NCBI RefSeq assembly: GCF_018977255.1
Contig: NW_024704743.1
Location: 32,490,001-32,554,000, forward strand
Reading direction: 5' to 3'
Length of the DNA stretch: 64,000 bases
Origin: Callorhinchus milii
Taxonomy: Eukaryota
Shown here: positions 13,526 to 27,352 of the stretch, in pieces
Position numbering within the stretch: the first letter of the stretch is position 1
Layout of the letters: every line of letters starts with the position of its first letter
Program-made: the position numbers and the translations under genes
Notes under the pieces: model-generated
Databases searched by the model: none
What the model was told of the DNA's origin: nothing
What the model saw: the letters and a program-made list of their open reading frames with translations, nothing else

Positions 13526-16500
13526 ATGGAACTCATTTGCAAAATCTCTTTTCTTTGTTTCCTCCCTCCCGACTTCAAAACCTTCTTAAGAGCATATCCT
13601 TTTGTGCTTTTACCTGGACATTGGGTTGATGTCCTGAAATATCCTGTTGAGTATTCTCCATGAAACCCCTACATGAAGTGTGTTATACATGTCCAGGTTG
13701 TAGTTTTACATGTGTGGGATGTATTTTTAGTTATCTGACTTAGCCCAGGAATTATTGATGTATTCTAACAGGGTTATGTGGTCTGGCCACACCAGTTTGT
13801 TAAGATTATCCTTTTTAGTTACCAACAATCCAAAGAGAGGTTCTTTTGTCTGTGCTGTTAGGCTGCAACCAATGTGCAGGCTCCTGTATCAACTCCAGGA
13901 CAAAAAGGGACATATATTTTAGGTGCAACTTTCAAAATATTAAATATATCCTTAAAAATTGGTTTGGCATCTCTTCACCTCCCAGCACACGTAGGTTGTC
14001 ATTACTCTGGCTTAAACACCATCATAGTGTCGCAGTAAGACATTTTTGTTTAAACACAAAAAAAGTAAAACTTATTTGTTCAGCTAACGTCTGCCAAACG
14101 CCACAGGTGGGTAGGGAGGAGATTGGCGGGAAGAACTAGCTACAAAGGATTTGGAAGCTGGCCAAGGAAATGAAGGCTGTCCGTACACCGTGTGCTAGCC
14201 CAAGTAAACCTCCTTAGCAAATGAATACTAACCTTTGCATTTGATATCACTCCTTTCATGTCCGGGGAACATTGCAAAGTGCTTTACAGAATTTACTGTA
14301 AAATGTAGTGACTGTGTTTTTGTTATTGAACATGGTAGTTAATTTGCACAGCAGTTGGACTGTTACTCTCGGCAAACATGGCTTAAGCATTCTGAGTCAC
14401 TAACCTGCGTGAGGGATGCTCTATAAATGCAAGTTATTGTTGCACAGCAAGATCCTACAAATACAACAACAACAACTTGCCTTTATATAGTGCCCAGAGC
14501 GCTTGAGATGAATGGTCAATTTATCTGGATTCAGTTTTTCATAACTGCACTAAAACTGCTCTTAATTGTAAAACTCAGCTGTAAATTGAAAGTCTAACTA
14601 CTAATGGCAGCAGCCAATCCAGCAATAACAATGGAGAATTTAGCCAAGTTGTATATTTCACGTGCCTCAGGTAAACCAATAACAGACTCAAAAATATGAG
14701 AGAAGTGACAAAGTCCCTGTTATCCAAAATTACATTAAACCTGTTGATCTCTCTTTGGATCTTCTCATTCCCACAGCTACAACACTCATTTGGTGCCAAC
14801 TTATAAATTAAATGGATACAGAAGCGTTTCAAAGACAGACACTCAGTGAATTCACCAAAGCCCTCAGCTCCCATTATTCAACTTCCCCACTGACTTTGCA
14901 AAACCATTAGTTTAATGTATTCCTTTCATTGCAAAGCATACTTTTGTAGCCTATTGACATTACTTAACCCATCATCACGAGCAGTATCCTTCTACCAGCT
15001 CACACTACTGAACAAAACATATTCTGATGACTCTGCAAGGAGTCGGGTATCAAACACTGCAACACAGTATAAATGTGCCGAAAAGCAAAAAGATTAGTAA
15101 ATTTGAAGCACACACACACGACTGACTTTCCTCTCAGTTGTTATAAGGGTACTGAGTATTGTCTTATGCTTTCGAAATAGCTTTTAGTTCCACGATATAA
15201 CAGGAAGTAATCAAATCCTATCAGACTCCATCGAGGCTGCTTTCTCTGAATGTCTACAAATCCATCCTGCGCTAATAGCAACAAACCATTCATTTACAAC
15301 ATCGCATTAACAAAGCAAACAGTCTGGGCAGTAGAAAGAGAGTAACACGCTCTCCCCATTCATTCAAAAATTCATTCATTCATACATACATACAACATTT
15401 GACCCGTTCATTTTCTTTTCTACCTTCATATGGATTAGGATAAGCTAATCATTTCTTTCCTGTTTTAGGTTCACCAACAAGCTGCCGTTTTAGGTTATCA
15501 GATTGTTGGAAACAGACATAGATGATCTCAGACAGTTCTAAATGTGCAAAGCTTTGGATATAAATCAGATGTTTAACTAGTTACTCAGACTTAGCAAGTG
15601 TTGTGGTCTTGGGCCTCTGTGTTATGAAGATTTACATGTGAATGTAACTTGAAAATTCTGGACATAGGATGATCTTGAAAGAGTCCAGTGCCCTGAGTTC
15701 TACCATTCTTCCTTGTAACCTGTCCTAGACATTAATTACCCCAGTTTAAAGAAATGCTCCTTGAAGTATGTGCGAAAGTTCCACTTCACAATCCTGAACC
15801 TGTGCCCTCTCAATATCTGAAATACCTTGGAATATCTGAAAGTATTGCATTCTGGCATGGAGTGAGTGCACTTTCTCTCATGTCTAGAACTTGCAAAAAA
15901 GCTATAGCAGAACAGCAGAGGCAGGCTGGGGCCATTTAATTTGACTAATTCAGTGGTCCTTAAGCTTTGAAATAAAGAAGATAGAGAAAATTGATCTTGG
16001 AAAGAGAGCATCAGTCCAGAGAAACTGCTACTGAAAGAAAGAGACCAACCCTGAGCTAGGAGCAGGGATCGGTTAGTTTTACCTGTGTTGGTATTAGAGC
16101 CGACTGAACTTTGTACAGTATTGACAACATATAATTGTGTCCACAAAGTATTTATTTCTCTTTTTATTGTAAAGCTGTCTGCTGTTGTCTGTTCTGAACT
16201 ATCCCACTGAAGAAACATAGGATATTATATGTTGGTGTCCCACTGAGCGGTTGTGAGCCCTCACTAAGTACCTTTGGCACTCACTTAAGCGCTCCGAGTA
16301 ACAACCCCACGTAAAAGGCGCTATATAAATGCAAGTTCTTACTGTTATTGTTGGATTATAACTATATTACCCCATTACAAGTGTGCAATAAAAGCCAGTG
16401 AACAGCATTTGGTGACCCCTGTTATCTCAGCTCAAAGAAAGTTTGACAAAGTTGTTTTGTGTGAAACGGGGGAGAAGAGCCACGTTTTCAACATCAAAAT

Positions 16501-17456
16501 GACGCACCAACACAGTGGAACACGGTCTGTGTCACCAGAATATTTCCTTTAAAACCAGTACGGAAATGCTTGTCGTGAAGACCTGCTGCTTTACACACAA
16601 AACCATGGGTTCCTTTTGCCTTGTGTTTTACTATAGATTTACTTCACTGCTTCAGTTTAATGCAGTACAATGTTGCCTGACTCTGCGCAACTAGACTTGT
16701 TTGCTCCTATGGCTCTTAGGCCCACGTCACTGCAAGATGATAATCATCTTCATTAAAGAAAATTATTACTTGCTATAGGAGTGACACATCAACAGTGGTA
16801 AAGCAAAATAAACTCCTCTTCCCTGATTAACATTCATTAAAAGTTACTAACTTGAATGCAATTCACTTAAATCCTTTCCATTATACCGTAGACATGAGCA
16901 TCCAAGCATTCTGCCAAGTCTTAACACAGTTTCATTTTTTCAGCTTTCTATTTAATGTGAATTCCAATGAATGTGAGCAAATCAAGTTACCCTGAGATTT
17001 GCTCTTGGACTTTGTGAATCTCAAACAGGATGCAAATAGAATTCCAAAGACTGAATTCTCACACAAGTCATGTAATCTATCAGATTTCTCTGTAATCAAT
17101 AATAATAATGAAATAATAACAGTGACGTCGGAAGATCTTAAAGCTCTTCACAAGAATTGCTATGTAGTAGTAATAGTATGTTTCACCAACATGTGTTGAA
17201 TTTGGTGTTAATGGGCAACTTCAAACTCCACTTCACCCCCTCCCTGTGCCACCTCTGTCGACATCAGAAACACGAAAAGGAACCTGGCCATTTGATGTCC
17301 AGCTGCTTCTTCCAGTGACTGGACTTTTACCAGCAGTAGCTACATTTGGAACTATTCACTCCTTTCAAAGCTGAAACATTGATTTTATTTGCCAGTTTTA
17401 CCTTTTTCACTTCTCCCAACAGATCATTTTCTTTTCTGCGTGATGTAATTACCCAC

Positions 17457-17534
17457 CTGCAAAGGTTGCTGCAGCTTACAGGCCATCAGCAGGAAATGTC
17501 TCTCTGCCTGAAAAGCTGCGCTCAGCATCACTGC
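17457..17534 (-). CDS. CAP2: CAP2 coding exon 3 (AVMLSAAFQAERHFLLMACKLQQPLQ)
   Basis: Closer to CAP2 AEMVHSAFQAQRAFLLMASQYQQP than to CAP1. Acceptor gtgtttcacag|, donor CAG|gtgggt. 78 nt, phase 0. Confidence 0.95.
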
Positions 17535-20500
17535 CTGTGAAACACACAGAGAAAAGCACATTTTAACACAAAGGAAATAATGCAGCACAGAACAAGCTTG
17601 AAATGAAAGGGTAACAATGAACATTACATCTCCCCGCCCCCCACCCACCTCCATTAGATCAACAAAAAGTTGTAGGTTCGGGTCTAGGGTCGGAGAATTT
17701 TGAGGTCATGGTCTAGAGACTTAAACGTCAGCAGGGTGTTGGGGAAGTGCTGTATTGTTGGAGGTGTGTGCCATCCTTCAGATGAGATGTTAAACTGAGG
17801 TCATGTCTGTCTATTCAGTTGCACATTACAGAAATCGCTGGAATACTATTCAAAAAGAGGACTCATTTCTCCGGGTGTCTGGCCAACACTCTGCCAGATA
17901 AAATTGGTCATTCGCCTCTTGGGGGTTTATGGGCATTGTTCTGTGCAAATTAGCTGCCATGTTTGCCTACAAATACACAGTCACTACACTTAACAGTGAT
18001 TACTGTGAACCACTTTGAGATATTGAGGCGTGATGTATCAAATGCAAGGATCAGTTCATTATTAAGATTATACAAATACATGAGCAGTGCACAGACAGCT
18101 GTGAAAGCTCATCTTCTGACAGCACATGTAAATTTCAGCATCAATTTCTGGAAGAAACAAGCGCTCTGGAGACTAACCCACCTGTTGTAATCACCGGGGG
18201 GGGGGGGGGGGGGGGGGTGCAGAGAGAGATGTATTATGTTCCGTTTGCTCATTCTAGCAAACCTTTCAATGTGGGGTTACAACAAGACAGCCCATTATCA
18301 GTGCAAATCAGAAGATTTGCTTTACTGAACAGAGAATACCAAAGTGCTTGATTTTCAGAAACTTTATTGGGATTTAAAAAGTGTTTCTCAGGAGAGCTGC
18401 CTAGTTGTTGCTGCAGCTGCTGCAGAAGCCTTCTTTATAACGTAAATCACATTTTCTGCAGGGAATCCGTACACCTCATGGCAACTGGTGAGATCTCAGC
18501 TCGGCCTGAGCTCAGGCTTGAAGCAAAAATCTCATGAGGTGAGGTACATAGGTTTCACCTCAAAAATAGCAGTCTACGTCAGAAGTAATAATAATAATCC
18601 TTACATTTGATACAGAACATTATCTTGGCAGTGAGATATCTCAAAGCACTTCAAATGAACTAGTGTAACGTGTAATGACTGTGTATTTCTAGATGAACCC
18701 AGCAGCCAATTTGTGAACAGCAATGCCCACAAACAGCCATGAACTAAACAACCAATTTTATCTCTGGGATTGTTTGCCAAGACGCTCCCAGGGAGAAACT
18801 CCCTTTTCTTTTCGAATAGTGCTGTGGCATCTTTAACGTCCACCTGAACAGGCAGTTGGGATCTTGATTTAACTTCTGGATCAAAGTCCTTTCTCCAGCA
18901 TCAAAACACCAGTAACATAACTGCTTTCCTGAGGAATGCATTTTTAACACTCCCTCTTTACATAACTGTGCACAGTTACAGCTTAATACTGCTGGGATCT
19001 ATGCTTAGAAGCTGGTGCAAGTATAAATAGCAACACTAATGTATTTCAATGCCATGATCCTGCAAATGGCAAAAACCCAGTGTTATTTGCAACATTCAGA
19101 CTGAAATTGAAACGATTAATAAAACTTTTGCTTATTTTAATGACTGTTTGAATGATTAAACAGGTCTCTACAGTGCACACCATTTACCATATCCACGTGG
19201 AGATGACAGAATGAAAGTGTCAACTCATGGATGAAGAGTACAAGGCATCGACCCTTTTGAAAAATATTATATAAAAATTCAGTGTAACCTCTCAGCCCTC
19301 AACGTCAAGGTATGATTTCTTGTACAAATAAAAAAAGGTTCCATGACTGCCTATGTAAAGGCCAGTATAAATCCAATCTTGCAAGGTTAACCTTCAGATT
19401 TCTGAAATGAAATCTGCATTTATAATGGTGGAAGTGAAGTGGTGAAAGTGAAGTCACTTCCAGGAGTATTTTTGGGGTCTGACATTTGTGTAAACCCATC
19501 ACCATGCCTGTTTTCGTGAACAGGAATCCAAAATGGCTGATTTCCAGTTTTCCATCAGGTTGCAACTGTCACGTCTTAATGCAGAGGTGATACGATCTGT
19601 TGGCTCAAAAACCGCTCATGTTTTAGTGTACAGGATGCCGGCCAGCCTTTTGTCCACCTTTTCGGATTTTTTTAATAAGCAAATGTCAGAGTCCACACCT
19701 AATTCCTGAACCGAAATGAAATGAACCGAAAAACAAAGTGTTGTGCTCTACTGTGTCATACGGGTTTTACGACACTTTGCAGCCAACATTAAAAAAGATC
19801 GACAGAATGAGAATGAGACTGAATGACTCCTGGAGCAATCAGTGACAGAATGATTGCAATGTTCCTGCAATCTGCATGAATGAGAGTTGAACATTCAACT
19901 CTGAATATTGTGATCTGAGGGGCACTTCTTTAATTTTAGCTTTTAATAAACAGAGGGTAACTCAGGAGGAAAAAAAAAGTGAAGGTAGTTATTCTCCATG
20001 TAAATTATATGGTACAGTACATCTTTTGATGTACAGATAATGTGGACAGAAGCCAAGAAACATACTATGTATGCAAATGTTGCTACTCTTGCATGGTCTG
20101 ACAAGAGTACAAAGCTTTTCAACTAACATGATGATGAATGTTCACTCACTGTGTGTCTTAATGCCTCCTTATGAATTGAAGTCATTTCAGATTTACAGAT
20201 ACGGTATTTTCAACTTCAATATGTTTACATATTCTGTACTTCCGTATTATGGGAGGTGGGGGGGGGGGGGGTGAGGGGGAGTTCCTTCCTATCTCTAAAT
20301 GGGCACAAATGGAAACCACCTTCCGTCCAGACACGTCAATTAACTGCTGCGTTTTGCCCAGTTTTTGTAGTTAATACATCTTACAGTATATTCAGTGAAG
20401 CCCTTGAGACGTCTCAAAGAAATGATAAGGTGTTATATCAAATGCAAGGATCATTATCATTATTATTATTAAAACCCACAAAACCTATATCCCAAACTCT

Positions 20501-21129
20501 GCTGCCTTTTTTTTGATGGTAGAGCAATAACCTAACTGAATGCAAGTTTAAAATGGCTGATTTGCTCTACATCTGAAACACTCCCATGTCTTTTCAACAG
20601 TAATCCTTTGAATGACTCACATTTTTGCCAAAGGGCCTGATTTCATCTGTGACAGAACCTGTATTAAGAGCTAGCTTCACGTCTGTGCAGCAGTGTTTAT
20701 ACCAGGAGTCACAGAATGAACTGATGACTTTTTTGAACAGATGCAGCAAAACCCTGCCACGTGGTGACCACTGAACTAATATACTTGTACAAACAGGCCG
20801 AGACACCTGTCTCCAGCTCCCTGTTGAAAGACGGGCAACAAGAAAGCAAACAAACTCTCGTGCTTTCCAAAGCGGTGGAGTGCTACATTAAACGTATGGC
20901 AGTAAATTTTTATGAGCACATATCAATGATGAAAAATGGATTTCTGTGACGGACAAAATGAGGTGGCCCTTCAAGCACAAATGTGAGTGATTCACAAGAA
21001 ACATGAATAAGCATTTCAGATGGAGAGCAAATGAATCACTTTAAACTTGCACTCAATTGTCTTACTACTCTAAACCTATTACCACCCACCCACCCTCCCA
21101 CCTCGTCCAGCTCCACTGACTCCTTGTCT

Positions 21130-21650
21130 CCCAGTTCTGGTCACCGCAATATAAAATGGATATTGCAGCGATTGAGAGGATAACAGATGAGGGCAACCAA
21201 AATGATTGGGGGGGATGGAAAGGCGATTAGATAAACTGGGTATGTTCACACTGGAGCAGAGAAGGTTGAGTGTCGATATGATTGCGATCTTTAAAATTCT
21301 GAAGGGAATAGATAATGTAGGCCATGATAAGCTGTTTTATCTTGTACTGAATGATAGAACCAGAGGACACGGCCTGCGATTGAAGGGGAGTAAATTCAGA
21401 ACAAATCTGTGGAAACACGACTTCAGTGAGCAAGTAGTAAACTTATGGAACAGGCTCTCGAGGGAGACGGTGGAAGCAGAAAATGTTGTTTGTTTCAAGA
21501 ACAAATTAGATAGATTTCTGCTAGAAAATAACATCTCGAGATACGGCATATAGTTTGAGGCACGACATGTCAAACGACTGCCAGGATGGTAGAAGGCGAA
21601 CTAGATGGACCTTGGTCTTCTTTCGCCCAGAAAATTCTTGTGTTATTATG
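21130..21650 (+). mobile_element. CR1 LINE 3' fragment, followed by an L2 tail (about 21650-21920)
   Basis: LGMFTLEQRRL..DMI..FKILKG...RTRGHGLRL...VVNLWNRL...FKNKLDRFL. Confidence 0.85.
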
Positions 21651-22877
21651 ATTCAATTAAGATCCTCTTCCTCACTTTTAAATTCCTCCACGGTCTTGCT
21701 TCACCTTATCTATGCAACCTTCTTAAATACCCTACCAACCTGCCCATTCCCTCTGCTTGTCATTTACTAATCTGCTTCACACCCTCCACTCTGCCTGTCC
21801 CACCATCGGCGGTCGGGCCTTCAAACCTTTCTGCCTTCACTCTCTGGAACTCCATCCCAGAGTCCATTCGCCTCACCCCTTCCCTTGCCTCCTTCACGAT
21901 CTGTCTCAAGACCTTTTTCTTTGTCAATGGAAGGGCGTTTCTCTAGGTGTCCAGGCCAACATCTCTTAGATAAAAATTTGTCATTCATTTTATGGCTGCC
22001 TGTGTGCAAAGTGCATATTATGTTCATCTACAAATACACAGTCACTACACTTTAAGGTAAATTCTGTGAATCACTTTGAGACTTAACAAAAACAACAACA
22101 AATTGCATTTATATAGCACCTTTCACATCGGGAGGACGTCCCTTGAAAAGGCCCAATATCAAATGCAAGAAATATTATTGTAACAATGTTAAGAATATGT
22201 TGAATTTGGCTAGATTGGGATATTTGAAAATGATTTAGAGGCTGCACACATCTCAGCATAAGCCACTCTGACTAGCCTTCAGTACAACTCGTGCAAAAGT
22301 CAAGCAGGTCCACTGGAAATGTGCCTTGTGTGACAAGCTACCATGGAAACGTGAGCAGACTGCAGGAGGTGGAAACAGCACTGCTCCATAGCTGAGGCTT
22401 GGCTGTGATCCAACAGCACTTCACCAATGTACAAATAAACAAACACAACATTTATGGGGTTTAACTGAAAATTTATTGTTTTTCATTAGTGGTGGAATTC
22501 CACCAGAGCGATAATAACCAACCACTCCTTTGATAAAATAACTGTAAGAAATCCAAGCAAACCCATTATAATTGGGAGAAGTTCAATAATCAGTTTTGAA
22601 ATTGATAATTGGTGCTTATTTCACACACCACCTCCCGTTCTCTACTCACCTCTCTGCATCAGTCCTCTACTTGCTGTAAAAAAAAATTTTCCGGTTTCCC
22701 AGCACTGTAATGACCTGTGAATGAGCTGCCCTCTCACTCTCCCCGTCAATACCACCCAAGAGATAGTGGCTTGTACAGAAAGAAATTGGCAGACACCCAG
22801 CTGAGCAAAAAAAATTTTTTTAACTGTTTTCTCAAGAGAGTATAATAATCCTTTCATTTGATATGTAAGGAGGTCAC

Positions 22878-23210
22878 CTCGCAAGTGAGAGACCTGGGCT
22901 TGATTCCTGGGCAGGGCGAAACGTTGGGCAAGTTTCCTTACTCCACACACCTCTGTGTACCTAGCAGTAAGTAAGAACCAAGTTGTCAGTCGATTGGCGG
23001 ATTGCTTTTCCAGGGGTAATAATTCCTTAAAAAATTAATAAATTAGTCAGTCAATCCACAACTCTTTGTGGGACACTGCTGTGCGCAATAGGCTGCCATG
23101 TTTCTCCCACAAAATATACAGTCAATTCATTTTACAATATATTCTGTGAAGCGCTTTGAGATGTCTCAAAGACGTGATAAAGCGCTATATCAAATGCAAG
23201 GATTATTATA
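22878..23210 (+). mobile_element. Same SINE family, longer variant, with an inverted tail copy directly after it
   Basis: Shares head remnant, core and tail with 10034-10364 and 40797-41055. Confidence 0.82.
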
Positions 23211-26200
23211 TAGCGCCTTTCACGTCAGGAGGATGTCTCAAAGCACTTCACAGGATTGACTGTAAAGTTTAATGACTGTGTATTTTGTAAGCGAATAAAC
23301 AATATTTTAAAACTAACTACAGAAAAAACAACTAACAGAAGTCCTGAAGGCACAGGCATATAAGTTAATTTGAGACACAAAGGGAATTTAAAAAATACCA
23401 ATTGCTTAAAGACAGTGATCTTTACTTGTTCATAATAGGGGGGTAATTCCAAGTAACAAAATAGCTTTTTGTGTCTCAACTTAATTTACATGCCTCTGCC
23501 TTCAGTTTCCCGTATTACAAACCTATATTTGAATATGTATAAGACATGGTGAGAAACCCAAAAGCAGAACTAGCACAAATGGAATATATATCCATGTGTG
23601 AAAGGGTTAATAGTTATCATTAAAAGGAAAAAAAACTCCTCAGTAAGAAACTTGCTGAAGCTGGTCATTTACTATTGTCTGCTCTGGTTTATCAGATTCC
23701 ACCCACATAAGTACTGCCCCTTCAGAAGGAGGTCAAAAGGCTGTGATTAGGTATATGCTCCATAAAGATGAATTGAGGATCTGGATACTTTAAATGAGCA
23801 ACGTTTGCCTACTCTGCAGTCTGCTACATCATTAGGTCACTCTGTAATGTCAGGTGAACCCTGAAATAGATATCAAAGCACTTCATCATAAGGGCACAGT
23901 TAAAGCTGGGAACAAAGGTCCCTTAGAATATTTTTCAAACAAAACCACTCCTGCACATAACAGACACGACCGTTTAAAAACATGTTTTACTCAATTTCAA
24001 TAGACTGCCCCCATAGACTGTACATCAGAATCTATTGTGCAATTTTGCAATTGTGCTATATCACTGTAAATTAAGCACGTGTTTAACATTCTGCAGCTGC
24101 ACTGAATGAAGCAAACTTTAATCTTCGTACAAGGATAATCTTCGCATTTGATATTGTGCTTTATCACACAGTCAAAACATCTCAAGAGCACTTCACAAAA
24201 TTTTACTGTGAGGTGAAATTTGTAAGCGAATTTGCACACAGCAATGTCCCACAAACACCTATGAAATGAAGTACCATTTTTTTCTCTGGGGAACTGTTGG
24301 CCAGGACACATGGAGAAACTCCCATCTCTTTTCGTCATGGGATTTATAACATCCACCTAACCAGACAGGTCCTCAGATTAATGTCTAATCCGATGATGGT
24401 ACTTCCAACCTCTAGTATCTGTGTAATTAATGAAATTTATAGAAACTACATGGACTGGAAAACGCCCAAGCTTCAATATAATAAGAGTGTAAAAAAAAGT
24501 ACAGCGTTAATCATCCCCCTCACTCCCCTCCCCTCGCTCGCCACCCCTCTTGTGGCAGCAAAGGGTAATAAACCCTTAAAAAAAATAGTTTGGTCACTCA
24601 ATCCCCTGCGGGTTTGTGGGACCCTGTTGTGCACATTTGCTGCTGTTCTATCATGACCACCAATTGCTGCTGCCTAAGCGCCCTGAGACGCTACCCGGCG
24701 TGGAGAGCACTATATAAGCGCAAGTTGTTGTTGTTGTTGCTGCTGGGTTTTGGTTACAAAATACACAGTCACTACACTTTACATTATACCCTGTGAAGCA
24801 CTTTGAGATGTCCTACCAATGTGAAAGGCGCTATATCAAATATAAGAATTATTACTAGATTTAAAATTATCCCAATGTAAACTAGATTCCTTTAAACTGC
24901 AGTTTTATTCTCGGGTTTCATGTCCAATATACCTTTTGTTGCAAACAACTGTGGTTCATTGAACTGCAGGAAATGTTACTTAACATTTCCTTCGTGACAT
25001 GCTTTTCATCTGCAACTTTTGAGGCTTCCTCCCCGACAGAAAAAAAAGCACACAGTTGATTTGTTTTATTTGTGTAAGTCTTACATATCTTTGGAATCCT
25101 ACTGAAGGGAAAGGACAAGTCTTGAGGCAGCTGCTGGAAGAGCTGGGCAATAATTTCATACCGTGACCACCCATTATTCACTTACAAAGATTAAAAAACA
25201 TGAATTGCTGAAGTAATTCCATGCTTCTTTGCACTGTTTGAACATCACGTAATTTATAGCTTGGAGCTGATATGTATTTTTACTGTTGTAGACACAGAGT
25301 GCTGGGATTAACTGGTCGTTCTCTCTGAATTAGAGGCTGGTCTTGTGCACTGTTTTGGAAAGCAGTTTCTTCTGTTACCAATAAAGCTGATCAGCTCAAA
25401 CTGCATTCAACAAAACAGGGCTGAATAGCCAGCTTCTGACCTCATTGTTTGCATTTCTGCTGACTGCATTGAATTAATTGCTTGTTTGTCAAAAACCTAG
25501 CTATTCTTCAACCTAAATTACTATAGCAACTAAGCAGGGCACATGGCTAGCAGGTAAAAGAGCGTAGCGGTTTAAATAGAAAATGCTTTGTTTGATAACA
25601 AGCGGTCACACCTAGAATCGTGTCAGATTGCTGATTGCAATAACCCATAATGTTCAGATATTTGTATTCCCTGTAATCGGAGGGGAATATGCTCCACATG
25701 CTTATTGCTTGAGAACATGGTTGCACATTAGCAGCAGCAACAACAACTTGCGTTTACTTAGTGTCCTTCATTCCATGTAGCATCTCGGGATACTTGAAAA
25801 ATGCCATTCTGTGCTTGAAGGGGATATTATGGGGGAATTGCTGGAATTAAACTGGCTAAACCTGAACAGTTTATCAGCACCAGTAAATTTCTCACTGCTT
25901 ATCCTGCTGGAACCACACTCAGGAAGTTGGTTTGGAGGGTAACAAGAGTCAAATGAGAATAATCATGGCTTCCAGGGACAAATCTACACCTCTGGAGCCT
26001 CATTCATGAGGGAGACAGGCTGGTCAATCAGCTGGAGTACTGCAGCAGACAGAGGTGCTGGATTCTAATCCAATCGGTTGGCCATAATAATGACCTGCCT
26101 ACCCCCTTCCCAAATTGTGACCACAGAAGTTCGTTCCAATGGACCATCTTAGGCCTCCTCCTCTGCTGTCATTTCTATGTTCCTCCTTTTGAACAGAGTT

Positions 26201-26914
26201 AACCACATAAACTGCTTTTGATGGGAGAATATTAGTGTCTGGACCAGCAGTTGGAATGCTGTTAACTGAGACACGCAATCTTTAATGCAGTCAGCCTGAC
26301 ATTCACAGTCAGACGTTCCCTAGGTGATTAAGTACAATACACAATACAAAATTGCATTTGCAAAGTGCCTTTCACTTTAGGAGGGTGTCCATGGTGTGCC
26401 TTGAAGGTGAGAATGAGAAATTTGAACTCAATCCTCTGAGGGATGGGGAGCCAGTGGAGCCGGGTGAGTTTGGATGTGATGGGGTCACGGAGCCTGGTAC
26501 GGGAGAGGACACGAGCTGCAGGGCGTTGGCATAGTAAACTGGATAAACTGGAATGCAGTCAGCCTGACATTCACAGTCAGACCTTCTTCACAGAGGTTAA
26601 AATTTTTAATAACTGGAAACATAAGGTTAGGATTGAGAAATGCTCTCAGGCTGAATTTAACACAAAAAGTGACAGAATTGTAGTATAAATTTAGCTTCTC
26701 TTATAGAATCATGTACAATTTGTGATATTTCTTTGTCCCACAGCCAGGATTTCGAAATCCATCAAACAGGTATTTCAGTTCAGGATCTGAATTACTAAGT
26801 TCTAAACCTGTATTTGGATCGCAGACAGGTCTTAAAAGCTAGAATGTTACTTGTTTGCCTTAATCAATTTCTTCTGTATGCCTCTTACCACCATTGATGC
26901 AGTCAGTATAAAAA

Positions 26915-27352
26915 ATAATAATACTCATCCTTACATTTCTTATAGTACCTTATTACATAATTAAAAAGTCTCAAAACATTTCACAGGATATGCTGCAAAA
27001 CACAGTGACTGTTATTTGTAGGCAAATGTGGCAGCCAATTTTTGCAAAACAATGTCCCAGAAACAGTTGCGAAGTAAAATGAAATGGCCAATTTTATCTG
27101 GCGCGGGGGGTTAAGTTGTTGGCCTGGACACCAGGAGAAACTCCCCTCATTTTTCAAACAGTGCCGTGGGACAGGCAAACAGGTCCTTGGTTTAACATCT
27201 CATTCCAACAGATGCACCTCCGACAATACAGCTCACTCCCTAGCAGTGCGTTGGAGTGTCAGCCTCGACAGTGGGTTTGTCTAGGCCTCAACATGGGACT
27301 TGAACCCACAACCTGCTGACTCAGGTGAGAGTGCTACCAGCTGAGCCAGGCT
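26915..27352 (-). mobile_element. Older tRNA-derived Deu-type SINE (SacSINE1-like). Related copies at about 17690-18060(+), 18586-18875(-), 24130-24410(-), 28265-28688(-), 30290-30665(+), 32618-32935(-), 47590-47982(-) and 55478-55940(-).
   Basis: Head GGCTCAG.TGGTAGCACTCTCACCTGAGTCAG..GGTTGTGGGTTCAAGTCCC, then GATGAGATGTTAAAC, TGTCC.GGCCAAC and a Deu-like core. Confidence 0.75.

Noticed and set aside
18195..18217. Long poly-G tract (others near 1588, 4763, 20258, 58365, 58616 and 59431)
   Set aside because: Simple homopolymers with unreliable length and no independent sign of function.
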